A stretch of DNA of 64,000 nucleotides from Planctomycetia bacterium (GTDB taxonomy: Bacteria > Planctomycetota > GCA-002687715): NCBI GenBank assembly GCA_005790545.1, contig SXUL01000106.1:13975-77974 (forward strand). The letters run 5' to 3'. Position 1 is the first letter of the stretch. Each line of letters starts with the position of its first letter. Position numbers and translations under genes: made by a program. Positions 28,481-37,905 of this stretch are shown here, piece by piece. The notes beneath the pieces were generated by a model. The model made no database searches and had not been told where the DNA came from. It worked only from the letters and a program-made list of their open reading frames with translations.

Positions 28481-31420
28481 ATGCGGCCTCGTTTGATACA
28501 GATCATCCCCCTCTTCGCGCTGTCACTTGTCCTTGCAGCTCAGCGCGTGCTCCCTGACGGCCAGACGACGGCGCGCATCCTCCTGCCCGCGGAGGGGTTC
28601 CGCGTAGAGGTGGCCGCAGAAGGATTCGGATCGCTTATCCTCGTCGCCACAGCGCGCGACGGCGCTGTCGTCGTTTCGTCCATCGAAAAGGGGTTGCTCC
28701 AACTCGTGGATGCGAATGCGGATGGCTGCTTCGAAGCCGCTGAGAAGTTCTGCCCCGATCTCACGGGCTGCCAAGGACTGCACTTCCTCGCTGATGGCAC
28801 GGCCTTCGCCATGGCGCGTTCCGACGCAGGCACGGGCGTGCACCGCCTTGCTCCGGGCCCACTGCCGCGGAAGGCGGAACTGCTCTTGCCGCTCGCGGGC
28901 GAAATGGGCGAGCACGGGCCGCACGCCATCCTCGGCGCGCCAGATGGTCGCTTGCTGTTGGTGCTGGGCAATCATGTGCAGCCACTGCATCCGGTCGCCG
29001 CAACAAGCCCCTTCGACACCGTCTACGAAGGCCATCCCCTGCCTCGCATCGAAGACCCGAACGGCCATGCCGTGGGCATCCGCGCACCCGGAGGAAGCCT
29101 TCTGCTCTTCGATCCCGCGACGCGAGTTCTCGAACGCTTCGCCGCGGGTTTCCGCAACGCCTACGACGCGACGTACGACGACGCTGGCGCGCTCTTCACT
29201 TTCGACTCCGACATGGAGTGGGACATCGGCATGCCATGGCACCGTCAGGTGCGCCTTGTGCATGCCGTGCCAGGCGGCGACTACGGCTGGCGCGCGGCGA
29301 CAGCCAAGTCCCCCGCGCATCATGCGGACACGCTGCCGCCCATGGCTGATGCGGGACGCGGTTCACCAACCGGCGTGCTGTGGTGCGATGCGAAGCGCTT
29401 CGGCAATAAGTTCCGCCGCACCATTCTCGCAGCGGACTGGTCGCAAGGACGCATCCTCGCTTTCACGCCGCAGCCATCCGCCTCGACTTGGACAGCGACT
29501 TCCGCAGTGCTCCTGTCCGGGCGCCCCTTGCCTGTGACGGATCTCGCGTTCGACAAGGAAGAACGCCTGCTCGTGAGCGTAGGCGGACGCGGACTCGCTG
29601 GCGCTCTGCTGCGCATGGAAGCGCTGGAGCCCGGCCCATCACCAGCTACTGCGCGTGCACGAGAGCTGCCCCTCTTCGACGGCAACACTGCCTTCGCCGC
29701 TCTGGTGGCGGAACTCGCCAGCCCCGATCGCACGCGGCGCTTTCTCGCGGCGCGTGCATTGGGCCGACGCCCCGCACAGGCTCTTGCGGCGGTCGCGCAC
29801 AGCCATCCCCTGCCCGCCGTGCGTGCGGAGGCACTGCTCGCCCTCGCACGAAAACACCTCGCGGCTGCGGATGTGAAGGGGTTGGCGCTGCTGGATGCCT
29901 GCCTCGAGGTTCTCGTGGGGACGCACCCCGTTGAAGTGCGCCTCGTAGCCGCGCGCGCGCTGCAACTGGCTCTCTGTTGCGCACGACCGGAAACCCTCGC
30001 GGCAGAACCGCGACCGGAACCGCGCGTGGACGTCGGCCAGAAGCTTGCAGCCTTGTTGCCCACAGGCTCGGCCGCACTCGACCGGGATCTCGTGCTCTCG
30101 CTCGCCCACTGCGGCGGAGCAGCGGCTCAGAAGAAACTCCTCGCACTCTTCGAGGCTGCTGCAGATCCCGAAGATGCGCTCCATCTCCTGTTGGCGCTCT
30201 CGAATCTCTCGACGCCGCTCGACGCCGCAAAGCTCCCTTCCTTGCTGCAGCGTCTCAGGGTCCTGAAGTTGCGCCCGGGCGGCCACAGCTACGGCGGTTT
30301 TCTCGATGCGATGCTGCGTCGCTTGATGGTCCGCGTTCCCGAGAGTGAGAAGGCCGCGCTCGTCGCACTGGCAGCACCACCAGCACAGCGTGGCGTGGAG
30401 GGCGGCGGCTGGAAGCGCGAACGCGCACGTGTGCGCGATTATCTGTTGCAATCCCTCGCTGCTCCGGACAAGGATCTCGCCGAAGGTGCACGCGTGTTCC
30501 AACGCCAGTGCGCCGCGTGTCACCAACGCGCAGGGCTCGGCCATGCGGGCGGCCCCGATCTGGCGAGCGTCGAAGCGCGGCTGGGTCTCGACGACCTTCT
30601 CGTCGCCATCATGGAGCCTTCACGGCATGTCTCCGATCAGTACCGGAGTCACCAGATCTTCACGCACGATCAGCAACTGATCAGCGGGCTGGTCACGCGC
30701 GATGACGGCACGACAGTCTCCGTCCTGGACCGCGAAGGCGTGACCCACGCAATCCCGGTCGCCAACATCGAAGAGCGTCGGCTCTCGCCACTCTCCGCCA
30801 TGCCCGATGGCCTGCTCGATCCGCTCACACTCCTTGAGGTGCGTGATCTCGCAGCGTTCCTCCTCGCAACGAACCCGCAGCCCTCAGCACCAGCCGTCCC
30901 AAGCCCATGGCAACCGCTCCTCGCGCACGGACTCGAGGACTGCTCGGGACGCAAGGACCTCTGGACCTTCGCAGCCGGAGAACTCCGCGGCAGCGCCAAG
31001 GACCTGGAGCAGAACGTCTTTCTCGTTCTGCCCGGCCAGTGGCGCGATTTCTCCCTGGAATGCGAGGTGCTGCTTCCCTCCGGCAACAGCGGCGTGCAGT
31101 TTCATTCGAATGTCGATGCCCGCGGCACTGTGACGGGATTGCAAGCCGACCTTGGTGACGTCTGGTGGGGATCGCTGTATGACGAAGGCGGTCGGGGCGT
31201 CCTCGCCAAAGCCGACGGCCTCATGATTGGTCCGAGTCTTGACCGTGGGGGTTGGAATCACCTGCAGGTCAGCGCACGCGGAGCGGAAATCCGGATTCGC
31301 CTGAATGGGCTGGAAACCGTGGCGCTACGCGATGAGAGCCCGGGTGACCACCTCGCTTTGCAATTGCACAAGGGCGCGCCCATGACGGCGACCTTCCGCC
31401 AGATGCGCATACGGCCTTGA
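28481..31420 (+). CDS. PVC-type giant secreted protein: dehydrogenase-like beta-propeller + HEAT repeats + cytochrome c (CxxCH) heme-binding domain + DUF1080 jelly-roll
   Basis: Signal peptide MRPRLIQIIPLFALSLVLAAQ. Single CAACH with GGPDL..V downstream, matching the Pirellula/Verrucomicrobium-type heme-binding domain. Ends ...FRQMRIRP, typical of the DUF1080 (3-keto-disaccharide hydrolase-like) fold. Confidence 0.75.
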   Translation: MRPRLIQIIPLFALSLVLAAQRVLPDGQTTARILLPAEGFRVEVAAEGFGSLILVATARDGAVVVSSIEKGLLQLVDANADGCFEAAEKFCPDLTGCQGLHFLADGTAFAMARSDAGTGVHRLAPGPLPRKAELLLPLAGEMGEHGPHAILGAPDGRLLLVLGNHVQPLHPVAATSPFDTVYEGHPLPRIEDPNGHAVGIRAPGGSLLLFDPATRVLERFAAGFRNAYDATYDDAGALFTFDSDMEWDIGMPWHRQVRLVHAVPGGDYGWRAATAKSPAHHADTLPPMADAGRGSPTGVLWCDAKRFGNKFRRTILAADWSQGRILAFTPQPSASTWTATSAVLLSGRPLPVTDLAFDKEERLLVSVGGRGLAGALLRMEALEPGPSPATARARELPLFDGNTAFAALVAELASPDRTRRFLAARALGRRPAQALAAVAHSHPLPAVRAEALLALARKHLAAADVKGLALLDACLEVLVGTHPVEVRLVAARALQLALCCARPETLAAEPRPEPRVDVGQKLAALLPTGSAALDRDLVLSLAHCGGAAAQKKLLALFEAAADPEDALHLLLALSNLSTPLDAAKLPSLLQRLRVLKLRPGGHSYGGFLDAMLRRLMVRVPESEKAALVALAAPPAQRGVEGGGWKRERARVRDYLLQSLAAPDKDLAEGARVFQRQCAACHQRAGLGHAGGPDLASVEARLGLDDLLVAIMEPSRHVSDQYRSHQIFTHDQQLISGLVTRDDGTTVSVLDREGVTHAIPVANIEERRLSPLSAMPDGLLDPLTLLEVRDLAAFLLATNPQPSAPAVPSPWQPLLAHGLEDCSGRKDLWTFAAGELRGSAKDLEQNVFLVLPGQWRDFSLECEVLLPSGNSGVQFHSNVDARGTVTGLQADLGDVWWGSLYDEGGRGVLAKADGLMIGPSLDRGGWNHLQVSARGAEIRIRLNGLETVALRDESPGDHLALQLHKGAPMTATFRQMRIRP

Positions 31421-31423
31421 GCT

Positions 31424-31432
31424 CCCCCCCCC
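31424..31432. repeat. homopolymeric C9 tract in the 36-bp spacer upstream of the 31457 gene
   Basis: gctCCCCCCCCCgg read directly, 25-33 nt upstream of the ATG at 31457. Confidence 0.8.
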
Positions 31433-31456
31433 GGCAGCGTCATATGATGTCCCGAC

Positions 31457-32794
31457 ATGTCCGCCACCAAGCCGGCCTTCGACCACGGTAGTTTCTGGGA
31501 TGTCTACAGCCAGCGCTGGGAAGTGCATGGCGACGGCGATGGCGTGCGTCACGATGGCGTGCTCGGTGTGGAGTGGACACCCTCCGCGCGCACGCAGTGG
31601 GTGTTCGATCGCTTTGCGAAGCCGTACCTGAAACCGGGCGCGCGCGTGCTCGAGATCGGACCCGGCGGCGGCAAGTTCAGTCGCATGTTCGAGGACGCGG
31701 GCGTGGACCTCACGCTCTGCGACATCAGCCCGAAGATGCTCGAGCGCGCAAGCAGCGCCTGTCGTCGCGCACCAAAGACAGTGCTCCTCGACGGTCGCGG
31801 CCTGCAGCCCTTCGCAGATGGTCACTTCGATCTCGTGTTCAGCTTCGACGTGTTCATCCACATCGAAGCCGAGGAGTTCTTCCGCTACCTCGCCGAAGCG
31901 AACCGCGTCCTCGGTCCCGACGGAGTGTTCAGCGTTCACACCAGCACGTTCGAATCGCAATACGGCATGCTGGCCTTCCTGCGCCAGATGCGTGATCACC
32001 AGCAAGACATCGGCACGCGCTACGGCGGACGCATGTATCCCCTCACGGGGCACGTGCTCGCGCGCTTCGCCGAACACAACGGCTTCGAGGTCACGGACCG
32101 CAGCGAATCCTGGGAAGACCGGGATCTCGTGCAGGCCTTGACGAAGCGCACTCATGCCTGGCCCTGGATCTTCATCACCCGGCAGGATCTGCTGGGTACG
32201 GTGGAGATCAGCGAGAAGAAGGGCGGCACCGGCCCGCGTCCCGTGTACAGCATCGCCCTCCGCGCAGAGGGCCACGAAGCGCTGATGGAGATCGGTGCCC
32301 CGGACGACCCGGTCCTGAAGCGCCGCGCGATCGCGCGCCTGCCGGAGCATCCCGCGCTGCTCCCTCCCACGGGCACCATCGCGGCTTCGGGTCTCTTCGC
32401 CGTTCTCTACCCTCAAATCCGCGGCGTGGCGCTGCGGCGTCTCGCCCACGACCCAGCGTTCACGGAAACGACCCGCGAGACCTCCGAGTATGTGAGGCAT
32501 CTCGTCACGCTGGTCGACGGCATGCAAGCCGCCCACAAGGCGGGACTCGCCCACGGCGAGCTTTCGAGCGAGACAATGTACGCGGACGACCTCACACGTT
32601 ACATGCGCATCGCCGGCTTCCACGATCCAGGTGCGGCCGTGCTGGCGGACATGCAGGAAGCCGACCGACGCGCCATGGCCTCGGCTCTACGAGCTCTGCC
32701 TCTGCCGCCGTGGGCACTGCGCCGGGTGCACGACGCCGCGAAGGCCATCGAGGCAGACACCTTCACAGCGCGCGATTTTCTCGGCGAGGCCTGA
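31457..32794 (+). CDS. fusion protein: N-terminal class I SAM methyltransferase domain + C-terminal protein-kinase-like (possibly pseudokinase) domain
   Basis: VLEIGPGGGKFS glycine motif and DLVFSFDVFIH in the N-terminus. C-terminal segment has a catalytic-loop-like LAHGELSSETM where kinases have HRD/HGD. Confidence 0.55.
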   Translation: MSATKPAFDHGSFWDVYSQRWEVHGDGDGVRHDGVLGVEWTPSARTQWVFDRFAKPYLKPGARVLEIGPGGGKFSRMFEDAGVDLTLCDISPKMLERASSACRRAPKTVLLDGRGLQPFADGHFDLVFSFDVFIHIEAEEFFRYLAEANRVLGPDGVFSVHTSTFESQYGMLAFLRQMRDHQQDIGTRYGGRMYPLTGHVLARFAEHNGFEVTDRSESWEDRDLVQALTKRTHAWPWIFITRQDLLGTVEISEKKGGTGPRPVYSIALRAEGHEALMEIGAPDDPVLKRRAIARLPEHPALLPPTGTIAASGLFAVLYPQIRGVALRRLAHDPAFTETTRETSEYVRHLVTLVDGMQAAHKAGLAHGELSSETMYADDLTRYMRIAGFHDPGAAVLADMQEADRRAMASALRALPLPPWALRRVHDAAKAIEADTFTARDFLGEA

Positions 32795-32892
32795 GCGCAT
32801 CCTCGTTCGGCTCTGAGTCCCTGCGAACAACCCGGGGTGTACGATCTCGCTGCGGTCCCTTGCCGGGCCGCAAAGCGCGAGGAGCAAGAGCG

Positions 32893-33522
32893 ATGCAGCA
32901 GCATGATGAACCCACTGAGCGGGTAAGCCGACGCGGATTTCTGCGCGGTGCCGGAGCGAGTCTCGCCGCGGGCGGCGTGGTCGGTGCGATCCAGAGCGAC
33001 AAGGCCGGAACTGCGACAGTCGAACCCGCGCTTCAGAACGCAGCCGATGTGGTGGCCTTGAGCTTCGTACTCAACGGCAAGCCCGTGGCCGTGAAGGTGC
33101 GCACAGGCTTCACGCTGCTTGAGACACTTCGCGATCACCTCGATCACACCGGAGCCAAGCTTGTCTGCGACTACGGCGCCTGCGGAGCCTGCACCGTACT
33201 TCTCGATGGCGTAGCCGTGAACTCCTGCCTTGTACTCGCGGTGGAATGTCAGGGCCGCAAGGTCGAGACCATCGAAGGTCTCGCAGTGGACGGCAAGCTG
33301 CACCCGGTGCAAGAAGCCTTCATCGCCGAAGACGCCAGGCAATGCGGCTTCTGCACTCCCGGCATGATCATGTCCTGCAAGTCACTCCTTGATCGCAAGG
33401 CCGCGCCCACGCATCAGGAAACGGCAGAGGCCCTCGCGGGCAACATCTGCCGCTGCGGCACGTACTTCAACATCCAGCGCGCAGTGGATCGCGCCGCCAA
33501 GGCGAAAGCAGGAGGGCGCTGA
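32893..33522 (+). CDS. xanthine dehydrogenase family [2Fe-2S] small subunit (PaoA/CoxS-like) with Tat signal
   Basis: Tat motif [17 protein letters not shown]. Ferredoxin-type 2Fe-2S ligands CDYGACGAC, and second cluster CGFCTPG...CRCGTY. Confidence 0.85.
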   Translation: MQQHDEPTERVSRRGFLRGAGASLAAGGVVGAIQSDKAGTATVEPALQNAADVVALSFVLNGKPVAVKVRTGFTLLETLRDHLDHTGAKLVCDYGACGACTVLLDGVAVNSCLVLAVECQGRKVETIEGLAVDGKLHPVQEAFIAEDARQCGFCTPGMIMSCKSLLDRKAAPTHQETAEALAGNICRCGTYFNIQRAVDRAAKAKAGGR

Positions 33523-33523
33523 G

Positions 33524-35746
33524 ATGGCGACAGAAGACAAGAAGGTGAAGCTCGTGCTCGGCTTCGCAGGAGCGCGGGAGGAAGTCGAGATCACCATCCC
33601 GGATGAAGAACCGGTGCCGTGGGATCTCACCACGCAGTTCAGTGTTGTCGGAGGCAAGCATCCGCGCTCGGATGCACAGGCGAAGGTCACGGGGCGCGCG
33701 AAATACACGCACGACATCAACCTGCCCGGCATGCTCTTCGGCGGCTTCGCCCGCTCGCCCCACGCGGCCGCGGAAATCGTCGCCATCGACACCAGCGCGG
33801 CGGAGAAGATCGACGGCGTCAAGGCTGTGATCCCCATGCAACAGGAGCGCGTGCGCTATGCGGGCCAGCCCGTGGCGGCTCTCGCTGCAACCACGCGCCA
33901 GGCTCTCGCCGCGGGCATCGCCGCCGTGAAGGTGGAATGGAAGCCGCTCCCTCACGCCGCACGCATCGAGGATGCCATGCGTGAAGGCGCACCGGTGGTG
34001 CACAAGAACCAGCAGAGCAACGTGACGGGCTCGGGGCGCGCGCGGAACGACGAACGCGTGGTCGCCGAACTCGGCAGCAGCCACAAGGTCGTGAAGGCGA
34101 CAGCGCGCACGCAAGTGCAGACGCACAGCTGCCTCGAAACGCACGGCACCGTGGCCCAGTGGAAGGGCGACGACCTCACCATCTGGACCAGCACTCAAGC
34201 GACGTTCGGCGTACGCTCACAAGTGGCCGATGCGCTGCGCATCGATGAATCCAAGGTGACCGTGCTTTGCGACTTCATGGGTGGCGGCTTCGGATCGAAG
34301 TTCGGCGCGGGCTACTTCACCGCCATCGCAGCGCGCCTCGCGCAGATGGCCGGCGCGCCCGTGAAAATCATGTTTGATCGCCGCGAAGAGCACACCGACA
34401 CAGGCAATCGCCCGGACTCCATCCAGGAGATGGAACTCGGAGTGAGCGCCGATGGAAAGCTCGGCCCGTACAGCGTGAAACTCACGGGCACACCGGGCAT
34501 CGGCCGCGGTGCGGGTGCTGCGAATCCGATGATCTACGACTTCCCGCGCGAACTGCGCGCGGTGAGCCAGACGGAAGTTGCGACCAACGCAGGCCAGCAG
34601 GCTGCCATGCGTGCCCCGGGACATCCGCAGGGGTCATTCGCTCTCGAAACCATTCTTGATCTCGCGGCGGAAGCCATCGGCATGGACCCCCTCGAGTTCC
34701 GCATCAAGAACGATTCCAACCCGGTGCGCCTGGCGCAGTACGAGGAAGGCGCACGACGCATTGGCTGGAAGAACCGGCGCAAGAATGGCAGCGCCACCGG
34801 GCGCTTGCGACGCGGCCTCGGTGTGGCCTCCGGCACGTGGGGCGGCCTTGGTGGCCCCTCGGCAGAAGTGGATTGCCGCATCTTCAAGGATGGTTCGGTG
34901 CAGGTCCGGAACGGTTCGCAGGACATCGGCACCGGCACGAAGACGGTCATGGCCGTGGTCGCCGCCGAAGAACTCGGGCTTCCCCTCGAGAAGGTGCGCC
35001 CCTTCATGGGCGACACCAACGATCCCGTCGGGCCCGCCAGCGGCGGCAGCACCACGGCTCCGAGCATCGCGCCCGCGGCGCGGCAGGCGGCGTATCTCGC
35101 GGGTCGGGAACTGAAAGCCCTCGTCGCAAAGCACCTCGGCGTGGATGCCGCCAAGCTGCTCATGAAGAACGGACGTGTGAGCACGGCGGAAGGCAAGGGC
35201 CTCTCCTTCGAAGACGCTTGCCGACTCATCAGCACAGGCGAGATCCGCGCGCGCGGCAAGCGGCGTTCGAACTTCAAGACCTTCCGCGGCGGCGTCGCCG
35301 GATGTCAATTCGCCGAGGTCGAAGTGGACTGCGACTACGGCCTCGTGCGCGTGGTGCGCATCATCGCCTTGCAGGACGCGGGCATCATCGTGAATCGCCT
35401 GCAGGCGGAGAGCCAGGTGAATGGCGGCGTGATCCAGGGCCTCGCCTACGCGCTGCATGAAGAGCGTGTCATGGACCGCCAACTCGGCCATCAGATGAAC
35501 GCCAACTTCGAGATGTACAAGATCCCCGGCATGAAGGACATGCCCGAGATCGAGTGCGTGCTCTACGACGTCGCCAATGGCGGCAACAACACCTCCGTGT
35601 GCGGCATCGGCGAACCCACGTGCATCCCCACGGCTTCCGCCATCGCGGGCGCCATCCACAACGCGCTCGGGGTGCGCGTGCTCTCGCTGCCGATGACTCC
35701 CGACAAGGTGCTCGCGGCCCTCGCGACCAAAGGAGCCGGCAAGTGA
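33524..35746 (+). CDS. xanthine dehydrogenase family molybdopterin-binding large subunit (PaoC/CoxL-like)
   Basis: 740 aa with aldehyde oxidase/xanthine DH a/b-hammerhead and Moco-binding blocks (GGGFGSK, AMRAPG...). ATG 1 nt after the small-subunit stop. Confidence 0.85.
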   Translation: MATEDKKVKLVLGFAGAREEVEITIPDEEPVPWDLTTQFSVVGGKHPRSDAQAKVTGRAKYTHDINLPGMLFGGFARSPHAAAEIVAIDTSAAEKIDGVKAVIPMQQERVRYAGQPVAALAATTRQALAAGIAAVKVEWKPLPHAARIEDAMREGAPVVHKNQQSNVTGSGRARNDERVVAELGSSHKVVKATARTQVQTHSCLETHGTVAQWKGDDLTIWTSTQATFGVRSQVADALRIDESKVTVLCDFMGGGFGSKFGAGYFTAIAARLAQMAGAPVKIMFDRREEHTDTGNRPDSIQEMELGVSADGKLGPYSVKLTGTPGIGRGAGAANPMIYDFPRELRAVSQTEVATNAGQQAAMRAPGHPQGSFALETILDLAAEAIGMDPLEFRIKNDSNPVRLAQYEEGARRIGWKNRRKNGSATGRLRRGLGVASGTWGGLGGPSAEVDCRIFKDGSVQVRNGSQDIGTGTKTVMAVVAAEELGLPLEKVRPFMGDTNDPVGPASGGSTTAPSIAPAARQAAYLAGRELKALVAKHLGVDAAKLLMKNGRVSTAEGKGLSFEDACRLISTGEIRARGKRRSNFKTFRGGVAGCQFAEVEVDCDYGLVRVVRIIALQDAGIIVNRLQAESQVNGGVIQGLAYALHEERVMDRQLGHQMNANFEMYKIPGMKDMPEIECVLYDVANGGNNTSVCGIGEPTCIPTASAIAGAIHNALGVRVLSLPMTPDKVLAALATKGAGK

Positions 35747-36732
35747 AGAACTTTGACTGGATCACACCGGCGACGGCCAAGGAAGCCGTGGAGGCGTGCA
35801 CGGCTGGACGCACATTCATGGGCGGCGGCACCGATCTCGTAACGCTCATGAAGGCTGGATTGGTCGAGCCCGCAGGACTCGTCAGTCTCTCGCGCGTGAC
35901 AGGCCTTGATGCCATCGCGGAGGATGGTGAAGGGCTGATGCTCGGCGCGCGTGTCACCCTTGCCGCGCTCGCCGAAAACACCGCCGTCGCGCGACGGGCG
36001 CCCGCTGTGGCAGATTCCGCCCGCAACACCGCCACGCCACTCGTGCGCAATCGCGCCACCGTGGGCGGCAATCTCTGTCAGCGCCCGCGCTGCTGGTACT
36101 TCCGCCATCCGGATTACAAGTGTTCCAAGAAGGGCGGCGACACTTGCTACGCCATCGAGGGCGAGAACAAGTACCACGCCATCTTCGAGAACACGACGTG
36201 CAACATCGTGCACCCGAGCAATCTCGGCCCGGCCTTCATGGCCCACGATGCGGAGCTCGTGATCCTCGGCCCGAAGGGCGAACGCAAGCTGTCGATCCAC
36301 GAGTTCTGGGTGCGCCCGGAAGAGGACATGAAGACGGAAATCGCGCTCGATGCCGGAGAGCTCATCACGCGCGTAGACCTGAAACCCATGCCCGCGCGCA
36401 CAGGCTCGGCCTTCGAAGAGGTGAACGAGAAACAGTCCTTCGACTGGGGGCTCGTTGCTGCCGCCGTGCGGCTCACGCTCGATGGCGACAAGGCCGCTGA
36501 TGTGCGCATCATTCTCGGAGCCGTCGCACCGGTTCCGCTCCGGCATGCAGAAGCGGAGAAGGCCCTCACAGGCCGCGTGCCCGATGAGAAGGCCGCACTC
36601 GCCGCGGCGGAGAAGGCCGTCGAAGGGGCGACACCGCTCCGCGACAACCACTACAAGATCGCGATGCTCAAGGCCTGCGTGAAGAATGCCATCCTGATGG
36701 CGGCCGCCCGCGCGCGGAAGGCTGGAGGCTGA
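35743..36732 (+). CDS. xanthine dehydrogenase family FAD-binding subunit (PaoB/CoxM-like)
   Basis: GTG start overlapping the preceding stop (GTGA). FAD-binding PCMH-type N-terminus (GGGTDL) and CO-DH-flavoprotein-like C-terminus. Confidence 0.8.
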   Translation: MKNFDWITPATAKEAVEACTAGRTFMGGGTDLVTLMKAGLVEPAGLVSLSRVTGLDAIAEDGEGLMLGARVTLAALAENTAVARRAPAVADSARNTATPLVRNRATVGGNLCQRPRCWYFRHPDYKCSKKGGDTCYAIEGENKYHAIFENTTCNIVHPSNLGPAFMAHDAELVILGPKGERKLSIHEFWVRPEEDMKTEIALDAGELITRVDLKPMPARTGSAFEEVNEKQSFDWGLVAAAVRLTLDGDKAADVRIILGAVAPVPLRHAEAEKALTGRVPDEKAALAAAEKAVEGATPLRDNHYKIAMLKACVKNAILMAAARARKAGG

Positions 36733-36734
36733 CC

Positions 36735-36989
36735 ATGGAACGCACCCATCTCGACCGCTCAAGGCTGCCGCTCGACGTCTGCGAGCATCTCTGCACCAAG
36801 ACCATGTACACCGGCTCTGAAACGCGTTCGTTGCTTGAGGAGTATCCGGGCGCAGGTGTGAGCACCGCAGGTTTCTGGTGCGTATTCACGCAGATGCCTC
36901 TCGGTGAAGACGGCGACCCGGTGGGTCCGGAGAGTTGCCGTCCGGGACGCCGCTGCTGCAAGCCACGGCTCGTGCCGCCGGAAGTCTGA
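36735..36989 (+). CDS. possible small Cys-rich protein (84 aa, 7 Cys)
   Basis: ATG 3 nt after the FAD-subunit stop. CEHLC...FWC...CRPGRRCC. Fills the gap between the oxidoreductase and the CxxCH protein. No homology recognised, so it may be non-coding. Confidence 0.2.
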   Translation: MERTHLDRSRLPLDVCEHLCTKTMYTGSETRSLLEEYPGAGVSTAGFWCVFTQMPLGEDGDPVGPESCRPGRRCCKPRLVPPEV

Positions 36990-36993
36990 CGCC

Positions 36994-37740
36994 ATGAGAA
37001 TTGCGCTGCTGTCTCTCTTCTGCGTCGCGACACTCGCGTCCTTCCTCGCCGCTCAGAAACCAAGTGCCTCCGAAGAGCTGTGGCGCCGTTGCAGTGGCTG
37101 CCACGGCATGCCGGATGAGCGCGTTCCCGGCGACAGCCTCTGGCTCGGACGCATTGCGGTGACGCGCTGCATCCAACCTCCCGCGCCGGAGAACAACGGA
37201 GAACGGCAGAGCCTCGTGGCATGGCTCAAGGCCGCTGCGCGTGAACGACCTGCGTTGGTGAGTGAACCTGCAAGCCAAGAGGCTCCCGGCGGTCGCGTGG
37301 AGGTTGCCTTCGCGGATGGCTCGCTGCTTTTCCTCCCGGAATCGAGCGGCCAAGCGGACACACGCACACCACAGCGCCTCGTCTTCGAACGCAGAAAGCC
37401 CGGCGCGCGCGCGCTTCCCGCCGGTCGTTGGCGCCTCGCGGGCTACCGGCTGCAGCGCCTCGACAAGGAGCAGACTCTCTGGCAGCTCTGGGGCGCCGGC
37501 AAAGCGGAGCGTGTGCTCGACATCAAGGCGGGTGAAGTCACCAAGCTCGCTCTCGATGAACGTGCCGGCGTGCGCGTGCAGTGGAGCATCAAGGGCGAGA
37601 AATTCCAGGGCGGACTCGCCGTGACCGGAGATGCAGGGCTCGGTGCCACGCTCATGGCTGGCAAGGAGCGCGTGCCTGCACGCATGGTGCTCCGCGCAGG
37701 AGCCACAACCCTCGATTCAGTTCCTCTTGACTGGGGTTGA
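36994..37740 (+). CDS. secreted protein with a single CxxCH heme-binding motif (CSGCHG)
   Basis: Signal peptide MRIALLSLFCVATLASFLAAQ. CxxCH 12 residues after the predicted cleavage region. Immediately downstream of the Tat-exported oxidoreductase. Confidence 0.5.
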   Translation: MRIALLSLFCVATLASFLAAQKPSASEELWRRCSGCHGMPDERVPGDSLWLGRIAVTRCIQPPAPENNGERQSLVAWLKAAARERPALVSEPASQEAPGGRVEVAFADGSLLFLPESSGQADTRTPQRLVFERRKPGARALPAGRWRLAGYRLQRLDKEQTLWQLWGAGKAERVLDIKAGEVTKLALDERAGVRVQWSIKGEKFQGGLAVTGDAGLGATLMAGKERVPARMVLRAGATTLDSVPLDWG

Positions 37741-37905
37741 GGCGGAGTCGCCGGCGCTTCGTTGAAGCGCCCCACCTCAGAACGCACCATGGAAGTGATC
37801 TTCAGCACGGGCCCCTTCGAGCGCACGGGCGAACTCAGCGCCGAAGTGCGGATCGCGCGCTGACGAAGCTGGCGGCAAACCGCCGCGGTGCGGGAGAGAA
37901 ATTCC

